NCBI RefSeq assembly: GCF_009914755.1
Contig: NC_060936.1
Origin: the human T2T-CHM13v2.0 reference genome, Homo sapiens
Length of the DNA: 64,000 nucleotides
Reading direction: 5' to 3' (one strand)
Part shown: piece by piece, positions 1-14,110 of the stretch
How the letters are laid out: every line of letters begins with the position of its first letter
Position numbering within the stretch: the stretch's first letter is position 1
Made by a program: the position numbers and the translations under genes
The notes under the pieces: model-generated
Database searches by the model: none
What the model saw: the letters and a program-made list of their open reading frames with translations, nothing else
What the model was told of the DNA's origin: nothing

Positions 1-410
1 CTTTCTAGAACTCTTCCCAGGGACCTGCGCAAGTGAAGGGCCCCGAAGCTCACTAGCTTCATGGTACATCAGCCTCTGCACATGCGTGTGTTTACATGAA
101 CTGTGTATGTATGCGTGAAGATAGATGGAGGAACCAACGAAAACCATGGTTCTTTGACCAGTAGGGCTCAGTTCCATTGAATAGTACAATAGAAATACTA
201 GTTAGTACCAGTCACTGTGTTTCTTTTCTGGGAAGAGAGAGAAGATTTATTAAAAATCAAATGGGTTAAGAATTTTCTGAAAAATGCCCTTTGAATTTCA
301 GCCATTAGCTAAGTTAGATATACAGTGCTGTGGCGCATGCTCTTTATTTTCAGTAGGCAAATAAATATAACATTTTTAAATATATTCTTTATCCCAGAGA
401 CTGTTTTGGC

Positions 411-714
<304 letters not shown>

Positions 715-1889
715 AGATTCTTTTGTTAGTAACACCTTTTAGATGTGATCTCCTCCATATATGAAAATTGGAAGAATACATCAAGAGAGCAGGCTGGGTG
801 TCGAGGAATGAAGGGACACTGGAAATGAAAGAAGATGGAGGGCTGTCTTCATTTACTTAGCAACCTGCTATAGACAAGACACATATTCTGTGTTACTTCA
901 CAAGCCAAAACTAAGAACCAAAGTACAGGGATTGCAGGGGAAGCCAGATTCCACCTCAGCAGAGAAACTTTCTATCAACTAGAGCTGTCCAAAAATGGTT
1001 TGCTTGCGCCGTGACTGGCTACCCATCACTGGAAGTACCCAGCCAAAGCCACTTCTTTCTGGGAGAAGGGGAGGTGGGAGACTCTTAGTGAGCAAAGTTT
1101 GAGTCAATCTAGGAAACCTCTAGAATCCTGTCTAGATCTAATATTCCAAGTTATTACTGGGACACACTATCGCTGCCAATCATATGCTCACAGTGCACGC
1201 ACAGCAAGTGGTCCCCGTCCGCATGGTGGTGATGTGTTTTTGCTGAGCCAGCCGCATTCCCTGACGGAGCCCCTAGTTGCTGAGGAAACATGTCTGTGCA
1301 TGGACTGACTCAGCTAAGGCCACACTCCTGGGTCTTAGAACTAAGTTTTTTCGTGACCCAGTACCCAGGACCTCGGGTCCATGTTCCCACCCGTAGCCGC
1401 CTCATGGATAGCATTTAAGATAACTCCCAATACCTTATTAGTCTCCTAATAGGCTTCTGGTCTAGGTAGGAAACTGGCCGAGTCCACTTGACCCGCCCCT
1501 CCCCCTGCTTCCTCCTGCACACTCGGGAAGAACCCCTCTGACCCTGCTCCCTTGGCCAGCGTCAGTATGGGAGGCTGAAGCAAGCCCATGCAGAAGCCTG
1601 GGAGGTGTGCGGCAGACCACGTGTCAGACCCCCAGAGGCTTAGCCCACCAGGTCAGGATGAGACGTCCAGAGAACCCAAGACTAGGAGAGTGGCCTCAGT
1701 TAACCTTCTTTACCCTTTCTGGAAGGGGAACGTAAAGCTGGCCGTGACCCAGATATTCCTCTATTCTCCATGTGAGACCTCCTTAGAGATCTACACACCT
1801 GTCCCAAGCCACTATAATAATATCAGGAATAGTAATGATGGGAGTGTTTGTGGTGGTGGTGGTAGTGGTGGTGGTAGTAAAATCAATGA

Positions 1890-2085
1890 CTAGTGTTTAC
1901 TGAGCTTTTCCTGTTTGCCTCACGCCATGATGAGCTTGTTACATAGACCATCTTATTGAATCGTTACAACGATCTCACAAGGTAGATGCCATCAACACTG
2001 CCATTTTATAGATGAGGAAACTGAGGCCAAGTGACATTAAAGGGCATGCCCGAGGAGGCACCAGTCTGACTCCAGAGCATGGCCT
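1890..2085 (-). mobile_element. MIR SINE fragment
   Basis: MIR core ccattttatagatgaggaaactgaggcc. Confidence 0.7.
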
Positions 2086-4207
2086 CTTCACCATGCTGCT
2101 GTCTTTCCTCAGTTTCTCTCTCATGAAAACACAGAAGGAAAAGTCACCTGCCTGCTCTCCAGCCCTTGTTTGAGCCACCCCACCGGGGGCTTCTCCAAGC
2201 CCAGAAGCAGCCACCAAGAGGGGTCCAGGGAGCAGTGTGTGCACCAAACCCTACTCTGGGTGCTTCTTGACCTTTCCCTCCTTTAACCCTCATAGCAAAT
2301 GCTGGAGGTCGGTGTTATTATTTGCATTTTACAGAGAAGTTCAGGGACTTGTTCAAGGTCACCTGGTGCACAGGAGTTGGGACTCCCACCGAGGCAGCCG
2401 TGCCCACCTCTGCAGTCAGCACCTCCCACCACCACACCAGCCCGCCTGGTTAAGTGAACCAAGCTGAACACCCTCACAGACACTAAATTTATATTTCCTG
2501 GCCTCCCCTTCCAAAATGGATACACTAATTACTGGACCTTTTTTTTTTTAGTAATAGTAATCATCAGGAACACATTTTTCAATGTTTTCATTTTTCTATT
2601 CCGCATACTACCAAAAAAACCAGATAAAACCCAGCAAGTGTGAGGCCCTGTAAATTAGCAAAAGTTCAGGAAGTCATTACACGAAACCAAAAGAAACAAA
2701 GTGTTGATTAGGGGCTTATTTTTGTATGAGATTAAAATATGAATCATTAAAATAGGACTGTATTTCAGGCTTCTTATTCCCGCCTCATCAGAGACATCAC
2801 CATGACTACTAGGTTTGGATTCAATGAATTCCGAAGCCGTTCTCAGCTCTCAAATGCAGTCATGTGTGCCATGGTTCTGCCTTATACATAGCAGTTTCAA
2901 AAGTCTGGTCCAGGACACCTCTGCATCTTCCTGCCCATCTCCTTTTAATAAAATGCCCAAGTGACATGGTGTCTGCAGCTCTTTGAGGTATTTTGCTTTA
3001 TTTAGTCATGATACTAAGTAGTGGCAGAAAGTTATACTAACAGCAACCAAATTTCAAAGGTAGAGGTAGGAACAAAGTCAAGGCAAAAACACAAGGTTCT
3101 CTCAGGAATCCCTTAGAATAGGGTATCCGTGGAGTTTTATTTAGTGTCAGTGATAGAGGAGCAGGAGTTTGTAGAAAAAAAGAAATTAATATGGAACGTT
3201 TCTCAGGTCCATGCTGAGCTTGAAAGAAAAAATAATACAGCAATATCTTCAATCCAAAATATGCCTTGAATTTAAGTTGGTAATTAAAATGTTTGTTTAA
3301 AAAAAGTCGCTAAAATTAGAGACAAAGACCCATTGTTTGTTATTACTGCTGACTGCATATCTGTGTGTGGAGAAGGGTGTGAGGAGACAGTCACAGGCCT
3401 ATGATATTGTAAAGATTTATCACCCACCCCCAAAGGGTTTTGAGGCACCCACCTGCATTTTCAGCTTGGATCTAAGTCAAGGGGTGGGACAAGACCATGA
3501 CAGGTTTTGGGGTTTGTTTATTTTTTGCTAATTACTCGTGGACACTTCAAATACCAAATATATCAGAACAGAAAGGCACCCGCTCAACCCAGCCCCTGCC
3601 ATCCTCTGGCAATGGCCTGACATCTCTAGATGATTTTCTAGAGATTGTGGAACCTTGGAGCAATGCCTGTGTGCATTTTTAAAGGAGGGAAGCATCCCAG
3701 AACATGCCAGTTCCTTATAGAGTATCTTGAATAGTTACCACCTCTAACCGGACTTGTGAATTTTTTTCATGTTTATTCTTTTCCCGTCTAGGATTGAGAT
3801 TGGTTAAAAAGGCATATTTTTCTCTGTAGGGAAAATTTCTGTGAAGAATCTATGAGTTGTCATTGGAGCATTACAAATGTTCTTAATGACTTCATAATTC
3901 TTCGAGTAATCTGAAGTGCAAGCTAAGATAGATGTAAAAAGAACATCCTCACAAAAAATAAGAGCAATAAATTGGGATAGTTTAAATTCCCTGCCATTGT
4001 TCGGCAGCTACTGAAGCAGTTCAGTAATGTGGGAAAATGTTCAAAACCTAATGTGGAGGGAAAAGAGGATACTCAACTATTAAAAGCCCGCTTCTAACTA
4101 TAGAACTATAGATAGTATTAACAGGGCTTCTGTATCTTAGTGATGATGGGATTCTAGGTCATGTTTTGTTTTCTTTCTGATTTTCTGCCTTTTTAAAACA
4201 TTTTTGG

Positions 4208-4509
<302 letters not shown>

Positions 4510-4671
4510 TCATAATCAAAAAAGTTTGATTTACAACTTCACATCGCTCTGACCTTTTGAGTTTCAAGTGCTGCATTCTGTGCCCCATGAGCTTGGTGAG
4601 GGTAGGAGGTGGCAGGTGCGCTCCAATTGTATCTTTGGCACCGTGCCAGGCACTTAGCTGCTGCTCCGTAG

Positions 4672-4893
<222 letters not shown>

Positions 4894-5187
4894 TGAGGTT
4901 TAGACAAATCCAGGAAGTTTAATTGTTAACTTGATAAGCTGGTCTTCTTCGTGTAAGTTCACTTTTCATTCAGTAGACAATTATTGAGTGCTTACTATGT
5001 ACAAAATACACTCTTGGTTCCCTGAAGCTCACGATCAAAGCGAAGCAGTGAGATGGATGTACACAGAAGCACAGAAGCGTAACCATATAGTAGGCACCGT
5101 AAAGGTGTGGTGGAAGGGTCCATGACAGCCAGGTGCAGGAAGCAGGGTCTTCTCATAAAGGAAGCAACTCTGGAGTATGCCTTAGAG

Positions 5188-5712
5188 CAGTGCTCCCCAC
5201 CCTTTTTGGCACCAGGGACCAGTTTTGTGGAAGACAGTTTTTCCACCAACAGTGGAGGTGAGGGATGGTTTGGGATGATTCAAGTGCATTACATTTATTC
5301 TGCACTTCATTTCTATTATTACATTATCATACATAATGAAATAATTATACAATCCACCATAATGTCGAATCAGTGGGAGCCCTGAGCTTGTTTTCCTGCA
5401 ACTAGACGTTCCCATCTGGGGGTGATGGGAGACAGTGACAGATCATCAGCCATTAGATTCCCGTAAGGAGTGTGCAACTAGATCCCGCGCATGCACAGTT
5501 CATGATAGCGTTTGTGCTTCTATGAGAATCTAATGCCGCTGCTGATCTGACAGGACGTGGGACTCAGGCGGTAATACGAGCAGTGGGGAGCAGCTCTAGA
5601 TACAGATGAAGCTTCACTCACTTGCCCCCACCGCTCACCTCCTGCTGTGCAGCCCAGTTCCTAACAGGCCATGGACTGGTACCAGTCAGTGACCTGGAGG
5701 TTGGGGACCCCC
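5188..5712 (-). mobile_element. MER1A hAT-Charlie non-autonomous DNA transposon
   Basis: Terminal inverted repeats cagtgctccccacc / ggttggggacccc, MER1-like internal sequence, 8-bp TSD ccttagag / ccttagaa. Confidence 0.88.
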
Positions 5713-6316
5713 CCTTAGAAATCCAGCAGGATTCTGATAAGCAAGGATGAAGTGAAGAACATTCCAGGCAAAGAAAATGACGTAAGGGTGGGGTAAGGCT
5801 TTGAAATAGAGAGCAATTAGATGACTTGGATTATAAAGCTTATCTTCTCCCACTCTTTTATTACAGAAAATTTCAAACATACTCCAAATAGAATAAAATA
5901 AATAAACCCTTCTGAGCCATCACCCTTGCCTTCACAATGATCAGCATTTTGTCATTGCAGAGCTAGTCCAAGGAGCTTAGCTTGGAACCAGAGTGTGGAG
6001 AACTTTGATTTCTGGAATATGGAGGAAAGAAATGGGAAGTCATTGGAGAGTTTTTTAGCAAGGGGTAATAAAAGTTGGAAGAAGGAAAGAAAAAAAAACC
6101 CAAATCTATGAACTCAGTGTTGGGCCAGGGCTTTCTGCATAGGGCACCAAAGGAGGCTGGTTAGAGTTCACTCAGTGGCGGTGTTTATTTCAAGTGTCCC
6201 AGTTGTTCCTCTTAATCATTGGTAGAAAGCAAAAGACCAGAATTTAATTTAGGCCCTGGACCTAGTTCCAGAATAGGTGTTGGGGCACAGAAATAGAGTA
6301 TAAAAACCTTACTTGA

Positions 6317-6681
<365 letters not shown>

Positions 6682-7579
6682 TCAGTGATGGATCGTGCCT
6701 CTGAGGGTCATGATCCTCCTGCTCGGATTGGTCAGACCACAGACGTCCAAACGTGCATCAGTTTCTTCATGTGTACTTTTCCTTAGGTGCAGATTACTAG
6801 GGACCTCAAACCCTGGTCCCTTGGGGCATTTCCTTAAAATGATTGCTCATCCCCAAGAGCAGGGCTAACAATTTTGTTTTGTTGTTGGCAAACCAAAAAA
6901 TGAGAAGTTTCTTGTTTTTCCTAATTAACACTTCACAAAAGAGAGCCTGACTCCAGGCGATGACACCACCTCCTTGTGCCAAGCATTTCACAGCAGGGCC
7001 CCTCGCTTCCGTGATGGAGAACGAACAGCATTTCGTGCACGCTCCCTGCCTTCCTCTCATCCTTTCCTCCCCTCACTCTACCCTTGCTAAATTTAGCAGC
7101 TGCCCTCCTCCCCCAATTCAGTTATTCATTCTTTTGCTCTTCCTGCCATGTGCATTTCCGGCTTGCATAATAGCCACCAGCCACTCCAGAGAAGAGGAGG
7201 TGGGTTTACTGAAGCTTGACATTAAGGCAAGGAATATATTACCTAGCCTGCCTTTCAGATACAAAGGGTATGTGATGGGTTTTCTTTCTGTCTCTTAGTC
7301 TTTCTCTCATTATTTTTTTTGTTAATCTCATTTGGAATTTAGCCCCATTTTATTCCTGAGTGTGATTGGAGGCTTATGGTCTCTCCTCCTCACAGATCCT
7401 TCCTCTTTTCCCTTTGGCCTGATTTGACTCAGCAGTAGGTGTGTTTGTTGTTCTCATTTGCAGGAGCTCAGCAATAGAGAAAGCTGGCTTACTCTGAGAG
7501 CTGCTCGCAAACCAAGTAAATACAGATGTGCCACCGCATACGCTGTAATGAGCTTTCTCTCAAGTATTATGATGTTGGT

Positions 7580-7663
7580 GGTTGTGAGCTCAGTAGGTAA
7601 GAGGATGGAGCTAATGAGGCCGAGGTCAAGGGTGTCATTGCCCTGCAGACCAGTTAGCTCTGC
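7580..7663 (+). mobile_element. tRNA-Ile-derived SINE head (MamSINE1-like) or decayed tRNA pseudogene
   Basis: ggttgtgagctcagtaggtaagaggatggagctaatgaggccgaggtcaagggtgtcattgccctgcagacca aligns by eye to tRNA-Ile(AAT). A-box and anticodon loop (CTAAT) are retained; B-box is decayed. Confidence 0.6.
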
Positions 7664-10392
7664 TTCAGACCCAGCTCTTAAAAGTAGTGCATTTTCAGAG
7701 ACCATTCCTTAAAGCTCATGGCCAGGAAGCAAGGTCTGAGAGCATGTCCGGGCGCATGTGCTCCAGTGAACAGGTGCACACAACAAGGAGAGAAGTGTAG
7801 GTCTTTATCCGGTGGTATCCAGGGAGAAGAGCTTTCCAAGGCACAGAAGTGATATGAAGAGGTGGCCCTCTCCCTATCCTCCTGCCTTTCAGCTATATGG
7901 TGCCCTTGATGACAAAGAGAACAAGTAGAGAGGTGCATGGATCAGTACAAGTTTCCTGCCTCCAGCTACTTCCTCTCTCTCTCCCTTCTTCTCCACTGAA
8001 AAGAAAAAAATCCAGCTCAACATAAATTGTTTCCAGAATCAATACTGTTCCATTTAATTATGAAGGATAACAGATGATTGATGTGGGCATATGTTAACAT
8101 ACAGAAAGATCTGGTTCTGAAAAAAAAATCTGTCAAGTGAAATTATACATATCAAATATTACTTCCCCAGTGATTTATTTTACATAACTGGGAATACAGT
8201 TCCATATAAAAGTATGTTAACCCAAGATGACACATGTTGCTGCCAACTTGGCATAGGTAAGTAGGTAGGTGGGTAGGTAAGTAGGTGGATAGGTGGATAG
8301 GAATGACAGAATGGAAAGAGAACAAGGCCCAACTCAGCTGTTAAGCAGCCTGGCACAATGAAGCATGCACGGTCAAGTGCAAACAGAAGGCATCATTCAA
8401 CCGCCTTGTGATTTCACCTCGTCGTGGCCACAAACTTAACCAGTTCAGACATTCATAATTTCACAATGGGCATTTATATCACAGTACAAATGTGTCTTGC
8501 TCAATCTAGCACCAGTTCCCCACATGTATCCTCTATGACTTTCTTACATTGAAACTTACATTGAAATCATGCCTTCGTTAGTAGCCACGTGGCAGTGCTA
8601 GAAGCTAGGAAGTTGGTGTTAGCTCAGAGGTTCACCTCCATGCCCTGACAGTAGACGAGGATGATCATCATGCTAATTCAAACTCTCTATATGTGAACAT
8701 TTGTTACCTCTATAATGTACTCCATTCTGAAATCACATCATGGCTTGAGCAAAGCAGTCCTCAGATTACACTTACCTCTAGAAAAACCAGCATTTTCACT
8801 CTTTTTCCTTACTTATTAGTTATGGGAAGGGAGGGTGATTTTATATAATTAGGTTAACCTTATAATTTTTCACCCATACCAACACACTTATGACAGTGAC
8901 ACAGGGCTCCAGCAATAAGTAAGCCAGGACTACATATCAAATATTCAGGCAAAACCAGAACCAGAACCATCCTCGACAAACAAACTGGGGTGAGTGTGTG
9001 TGAGTATGTATGTATATTTTAAAGGATGAGATCTGGAAACCGGGAAACCAGGTCCTAACCCTTCATTCTGCCAGAACAGATCATAAGGGCTAAGTTTCTC
9101 ATTTCTCTGGCTCTGTCTCCCCAGTTATAAGAAGGGGGTTAGGCTAAATGGTTTCTGCAGTCTCTTACAGCTCTCAAATCCCCACATTACGTCCAAGGAA
9201 CCTGAGTCTTCCTGGGTGATATGAAGATAAGACATATTCCCTTCCCTCAGGGTCTTGAGCATCTAAAATCTAGAAAATCATAGCAGTGTCCTGCCTGGTG
9301 TTGCTCAGAAGCGGGAGAAAATCTCTTCTTTCCTCATTTGTCTCACCTTATTCAGAACTTCAGATAATGTTGCCCCTCTGAGAGTGGCAGCAAGAGTAGC
9401 GTCATTCACTTATTTCATCATAAAAAGCTCAGTTTAAGGACATTCTTTTTCCTTGACTGTTGTGACTCATTTTATCTTTGTAATATGAATTAGAATGCAG
9501 GTAGGTAGTTATGTAGAAAGGAGGTAAAATAAACAATGATATTACTTCCTTCACAAAAACCAGGAGGCAAAGCATCTTTAGAAATATCAAAGCAGTAAAT
9601 GACTATAAAATAAATTTATTTTGTCACGTGCAGTTGTGATGATAACTTCTTTTCACACCTTAGGTTCTTTTATTTTGGGTTTTATCCCCTTAAATATATA
9701 TATATATATATTTTTTTAATTGTCATTTGTCCTCTAGTGTTAGAACTACTGGAATATTGGCCCCCCAAAAACTCAACGGAAACATAAAATAAGCCTCCCT
9801 TCTGGGCTAAAGTCTCTGAATGAGACCAGCTCCACAGAATCACCCCATGGGACTGGATATGCAGTCTGTAGGGAGAAGGAGCAAGATCCAGATTTCTCAA
9901 ACGTTCTCATCCCATCACCCCCTTGGAGCTTGATAATTTCAGCTCTTTAGTTGCATCCTGTCCTCTGCCCCATCAAAGAGATTATGGGGCAGTGATTCTT
10001 AATCACTTTAATTTGCAGATATTCACACATGCAGGGCTGAGATTGTTTCTGTAGCACTGGATGCAGTTTTAAGGTGGCAGTTCTGCTCTGGGACAGCTCT
10101 TTATCACAAGGTAAACATGGAAATCGCAAGTGATGAGAGCTTTCAAGCATCGAAGTGCAATTGATCTCAATTTTTCTTACAACTAGCACATGGGAATGGC
10201 TCAATAATTGAGAGAAGTCATTTCTTTGTGAAAGATGGAGAGGGTGGCATGTGTTCTGCGATGGCCCACAGAAGTTTTATTTATATGATTGCTTTATTGA
10301 GGGGAATCGTACCCCTCCTGCCCCACCACCAAACCCAAGTGCCCAAAGACTGCTTTGGCAGAAGGAAGTTGTATACAATTTTAATGAGATAA

Positions 10393-10730
<338 letters not shown>

Positions 10731-11679
10731 TGAATCTGCTTCTTAATAACAAAATAATAGCTAACATTTATTGGGTCCTTGTTGTGTGCCGGCCCTGTTC
10801 TAAGCTCTTATATCTTTGAATCATTTAATCCTCACCACAACCCTATAAAGAAGGTGATATTATTACCTCCACTTTATAGATGAAGAAATAAAGATTAAGA
10901 GCAATAAAGTAACATGCCCCAAAATCAAGTAGCAACGCTGAGATTTAAACCCAGGTGGGGTTGATGCCAGTGCCTGCATTCATTCCACTGCGCAGAATGA
11001 GGAGACCAAAATACATTTTCATAAATATTTGTAGTGCAGGCGCCCTGAAAATAGAGCACATGATTGAAAGACGAGTAGCAGTAGTGGAGATGAGAACGCC
11101 AAAGCAGTTTTCAGGTCAGCTGACTGGGGCTACAGTGTGTGGCAGGTCCTGCTTACGTTACTGCCAAATTTGTACTAAACAATGTCAAAGATGACTTCTG
11201 GGACTCCAAAGTATGTCTAGTTCATAATATTAAAAACTCATGCTGAGTTGGACCGAATTCACCCTTCTAGATCATTAACTCCCTTGGGATGGGCCGTCTT
11301 AGCATCACGAAAATCTCCCAGCCTGTGAGAACTGTGGGTTCTGAGCCAGGCACCGGCTTCTGAGAGCAGACACACTGGCTGTCACCTACCCCCTGAGGAG
11401 CCAGCCCCTCAGTGCAGGTCACGCCTTGAAAGCTGGCCCCTCTCTACAGCGGCTTAGTAGGTAACAGGTAGACGCATTCTTTAGCTGCTCAAGTCACATC
11501 CTGTCACTGGTTGTAAACCCACTCGATTCTCTAGTCTTGCTGGAGTCGTGTTGATGACTGCAGGGTCAAGGAGGCTGTGGGCTGGGGTTTGACATCTTTG
11601 TTACACATATTAACCACGGAATACATGACAGAGCCAGAGAGCATGCCAGCACGTATATGCGTGCACTCTACATCCCCCG

Positions 11680-11945
11680 ACTACCTGGGTTCTAATCCCA
11701 GCTCCCCAGTTTACCGGCTGTGTGACTTCAGGCAACTGCCTTGGGTCTCAGGTCTCTACCTGTAAAAGAAGGAAAATGACAGGACCTATCTCAAAGGGTT
11801 GACATAAGAAAGAAATGAGTCTCCAGCCTGGGCGACAGAGTGAGACTCTGTCTCAAAAAAAAAAACAAAACAAAAGAAGAAAGAAATGAGTTAATACGGA
11901 AAATGCCCTTAGAATAGCCAAGCATTCAGTAAATGTTATTCATTA
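11680..11945 (+). mobile_element. MIR interrupted by a tiny Alu 3' end
   Basis: MIR-like ctgggttctaatcccagctc...ctgtgtgact...ctgtaaaa, continuing after the Alu. Confidence 0.65.
11821..11876 (+). mobile_element. Severely 5'-truncated Alu (34 bp of body plus A tail)
   Basis: ctccagcctgggcgacagagtgagactctgtctc plus A-rich tail; perfect 15-bp TSD aagaaagaaatgagt. Confidence 0.9.
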
Positions 11946-13671
11946 TCATGATTCAATATTTCTGGCTGTTATTTGGTTGTTTCCCCCCCTCTGTTTGTGT
12001 AAATTTTTAATTGGGATAAAATACACAACATTTACAATTTTAACCATTTTTAGGTGTACTTCAGTAGTGGTAAGTCTATTCACAATGTTGTGCAGTTGGT
12101 TTTTCCTTCCACTTTTCTTAACCATTCTCAATATCGCAACTACATCCACTTTGTGCAAACATCAGGTTTGTGCACCTTATACGTAGGGAAGGGCCATTGC
12201 CTCCCTCACTGTTATCCAAGAACACCTTTGAGGATTCATCTGCACTATGATTTCTGTGGGAAAATACATTTAAAGTGCCAGTCTTCATTACTCTCAGAAC
12301 ACGGCCTGTTTGGAAGTAAGCACTGCTTGCATTTTATGTCACCTTGCAGTATCTGGCGAGCGCTGGGTCCTCCATGACCCCTTTGGAACCTTTGTATTAA
12401 TCTTCTGGCTGTCTCCTTTAAGAACTACAAGATTAACCTTTTTGCAGCCCTTTCTGTTCTGGGATTCTTGAATCTGGCAGCAGGTAACGACAGGTCCCAT
12501 CAGAAACAGGTCAAGATCTTGACTTCCTGCCCTCCCTGGGAGCAGGGCCCACGAGCACCACTTAACACCTTTTTCCCCTGACCCAGCCTCATTCCAGCCT
12601 TCTGCAAGTCCTGCTTTCCTCTCCAGGACCTTTGTTCCTGCTTTGCTTCCTATATTTCAGGGCCTAGGGCAGCATGACCTTTTACCTTCTGACCCTTGCC
12701 CCTGCTGCAGCATGTGTTTTGTGACGGAGTGTAGGGACTGGATTGTGCAGAGACCCTCTTTGCATCTGTCTGGGCCCTCAGCCTATTACAGGAGGGACCC
12801 CTCACCCTTCCTGCCTGCACCAGGGTCCTCCAACTGGAGGCTGCTTTTAGCCCTAGGGCTAGCGTGCTCTCTTAAGCCAGAAGTTTTAGGGGCAAGAGAT
12901 CCCTAATATGCATGAATGACTCTCACAAGACAGGCAGGAAGTCTCCAAGAGACTTCCTTTACCCCTAGGGAAATGCCATCTGATCTTTGAGATAAGGGGC
13001 TGGGAGCAGTTTGATTTCATCTCCAGAGAAGGAAGCCCTCAGTTAAGGGGTCATCTTGCTCTTTTCCCCACTCCAGGGCCTCTCTGCCTTATCTCTGTGC
13101 CACCTGTGACCCCAGGCCTTATACATGATTGAGAGGATTACCCAAACAGACCTAATTGACTTATTGGAAATCCAATCCTTTGATTTTTTAATTCACTTCT
13201 TTTGTGCTGCTTTATGGAGACAAAGGAGACTCCCCTATACTGCCTGTGAAGAGCAAGACAGTCTGCAGCCCCGACTGTGAGGACTGTGAGGCCTCCTGTG
13301 TCAGCAGATGTGCATGTACTCTCTGTACTGATCCCCTGGAAAGGTGGCCTGTTTGAAAGCAGTCCTGCCCAGGCCTGCAGTAATGAAGATTAAGCCTCAG
13401 AGTACTACAGGTTACCCATTTTGTTTTGTTTAGCCCCTTTCATCAAATGCTTATAAAATTCTAGGAGCTTACCTAGGGTTTATTGTTGATAACCTCAAAC
13501 ATATGTGAATCATCCACTCCAAACTAGGGCAGTTTTCTTCTCAGGCCCTCCAAGGGAGTTCGGTGACATTGGCACATTGTGGGGATGAATAGGCTGAAAT
13601 GCCAGGTACACAGTTAGTGGAAAGACTCCAAACCAAGCAAAGGTTGAACGTCAGGTAACTGGAGTAGGGGG

Positions 13672-14110
13672 TGTATTAGTTAGCTAGGGCCGCTGTAACA
13701 AAGTACCCCAAACGGGGTGGCTTAAACAACAGATATTTATTATCTCACTTTTCTGGAGGCTAGAAGTCCAAGGTCAACGTGTGCCAGAGTTGGTTCCTTC
13801 TGAGAGAGCTGTGAGGTAGGATCTGTTCCATGACTCTCTTCTCGTTTCTGGTGGTTTGCTGGCAAGCTTTGGCATTCCTTGCCTTGGAGGTCTCTGCCTT
13901 CATCTTCACCTGCATTCTTCCCCTGTGTATGTCTGGAAGTCCAGAGTATACTTTTTATAAAGACACCAGTCATATTGGATGTTTAAAATGACCTCATCCT
14001 AACTAATTACATCTGCAAGGACCGTCTTTCCAAATAAGATCACATCCTGAGGGTACTAGGGGTTAGGACTTCAACTTATGAATTTTGGGGGAGAGATAGT
14101 CAACCCATAA
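13672..14110 (-). mobile_element. MLT1 (MLT1C-like) MaLR solo LTR
   Basis: tgtattagttagctagggccgctgtaacaaagtacc...ggttaggacttcaac...caacccataa. Confidence 0.85.

Noticed and set aside
7580-7652. Functional tRNA-Ile gene
   Set aside because: The B-box (GGTTCGA) has decayed to GGTGTCA and the stems are mismatched; treated as a SINE or pseudogene relic.
8543-8566. Short tandem micro-duplications (cttacattgaaa x2; similar at ~13272, ~21835, ~51372)
   Set aside because: Ordinary slippage duplications at background frequency.
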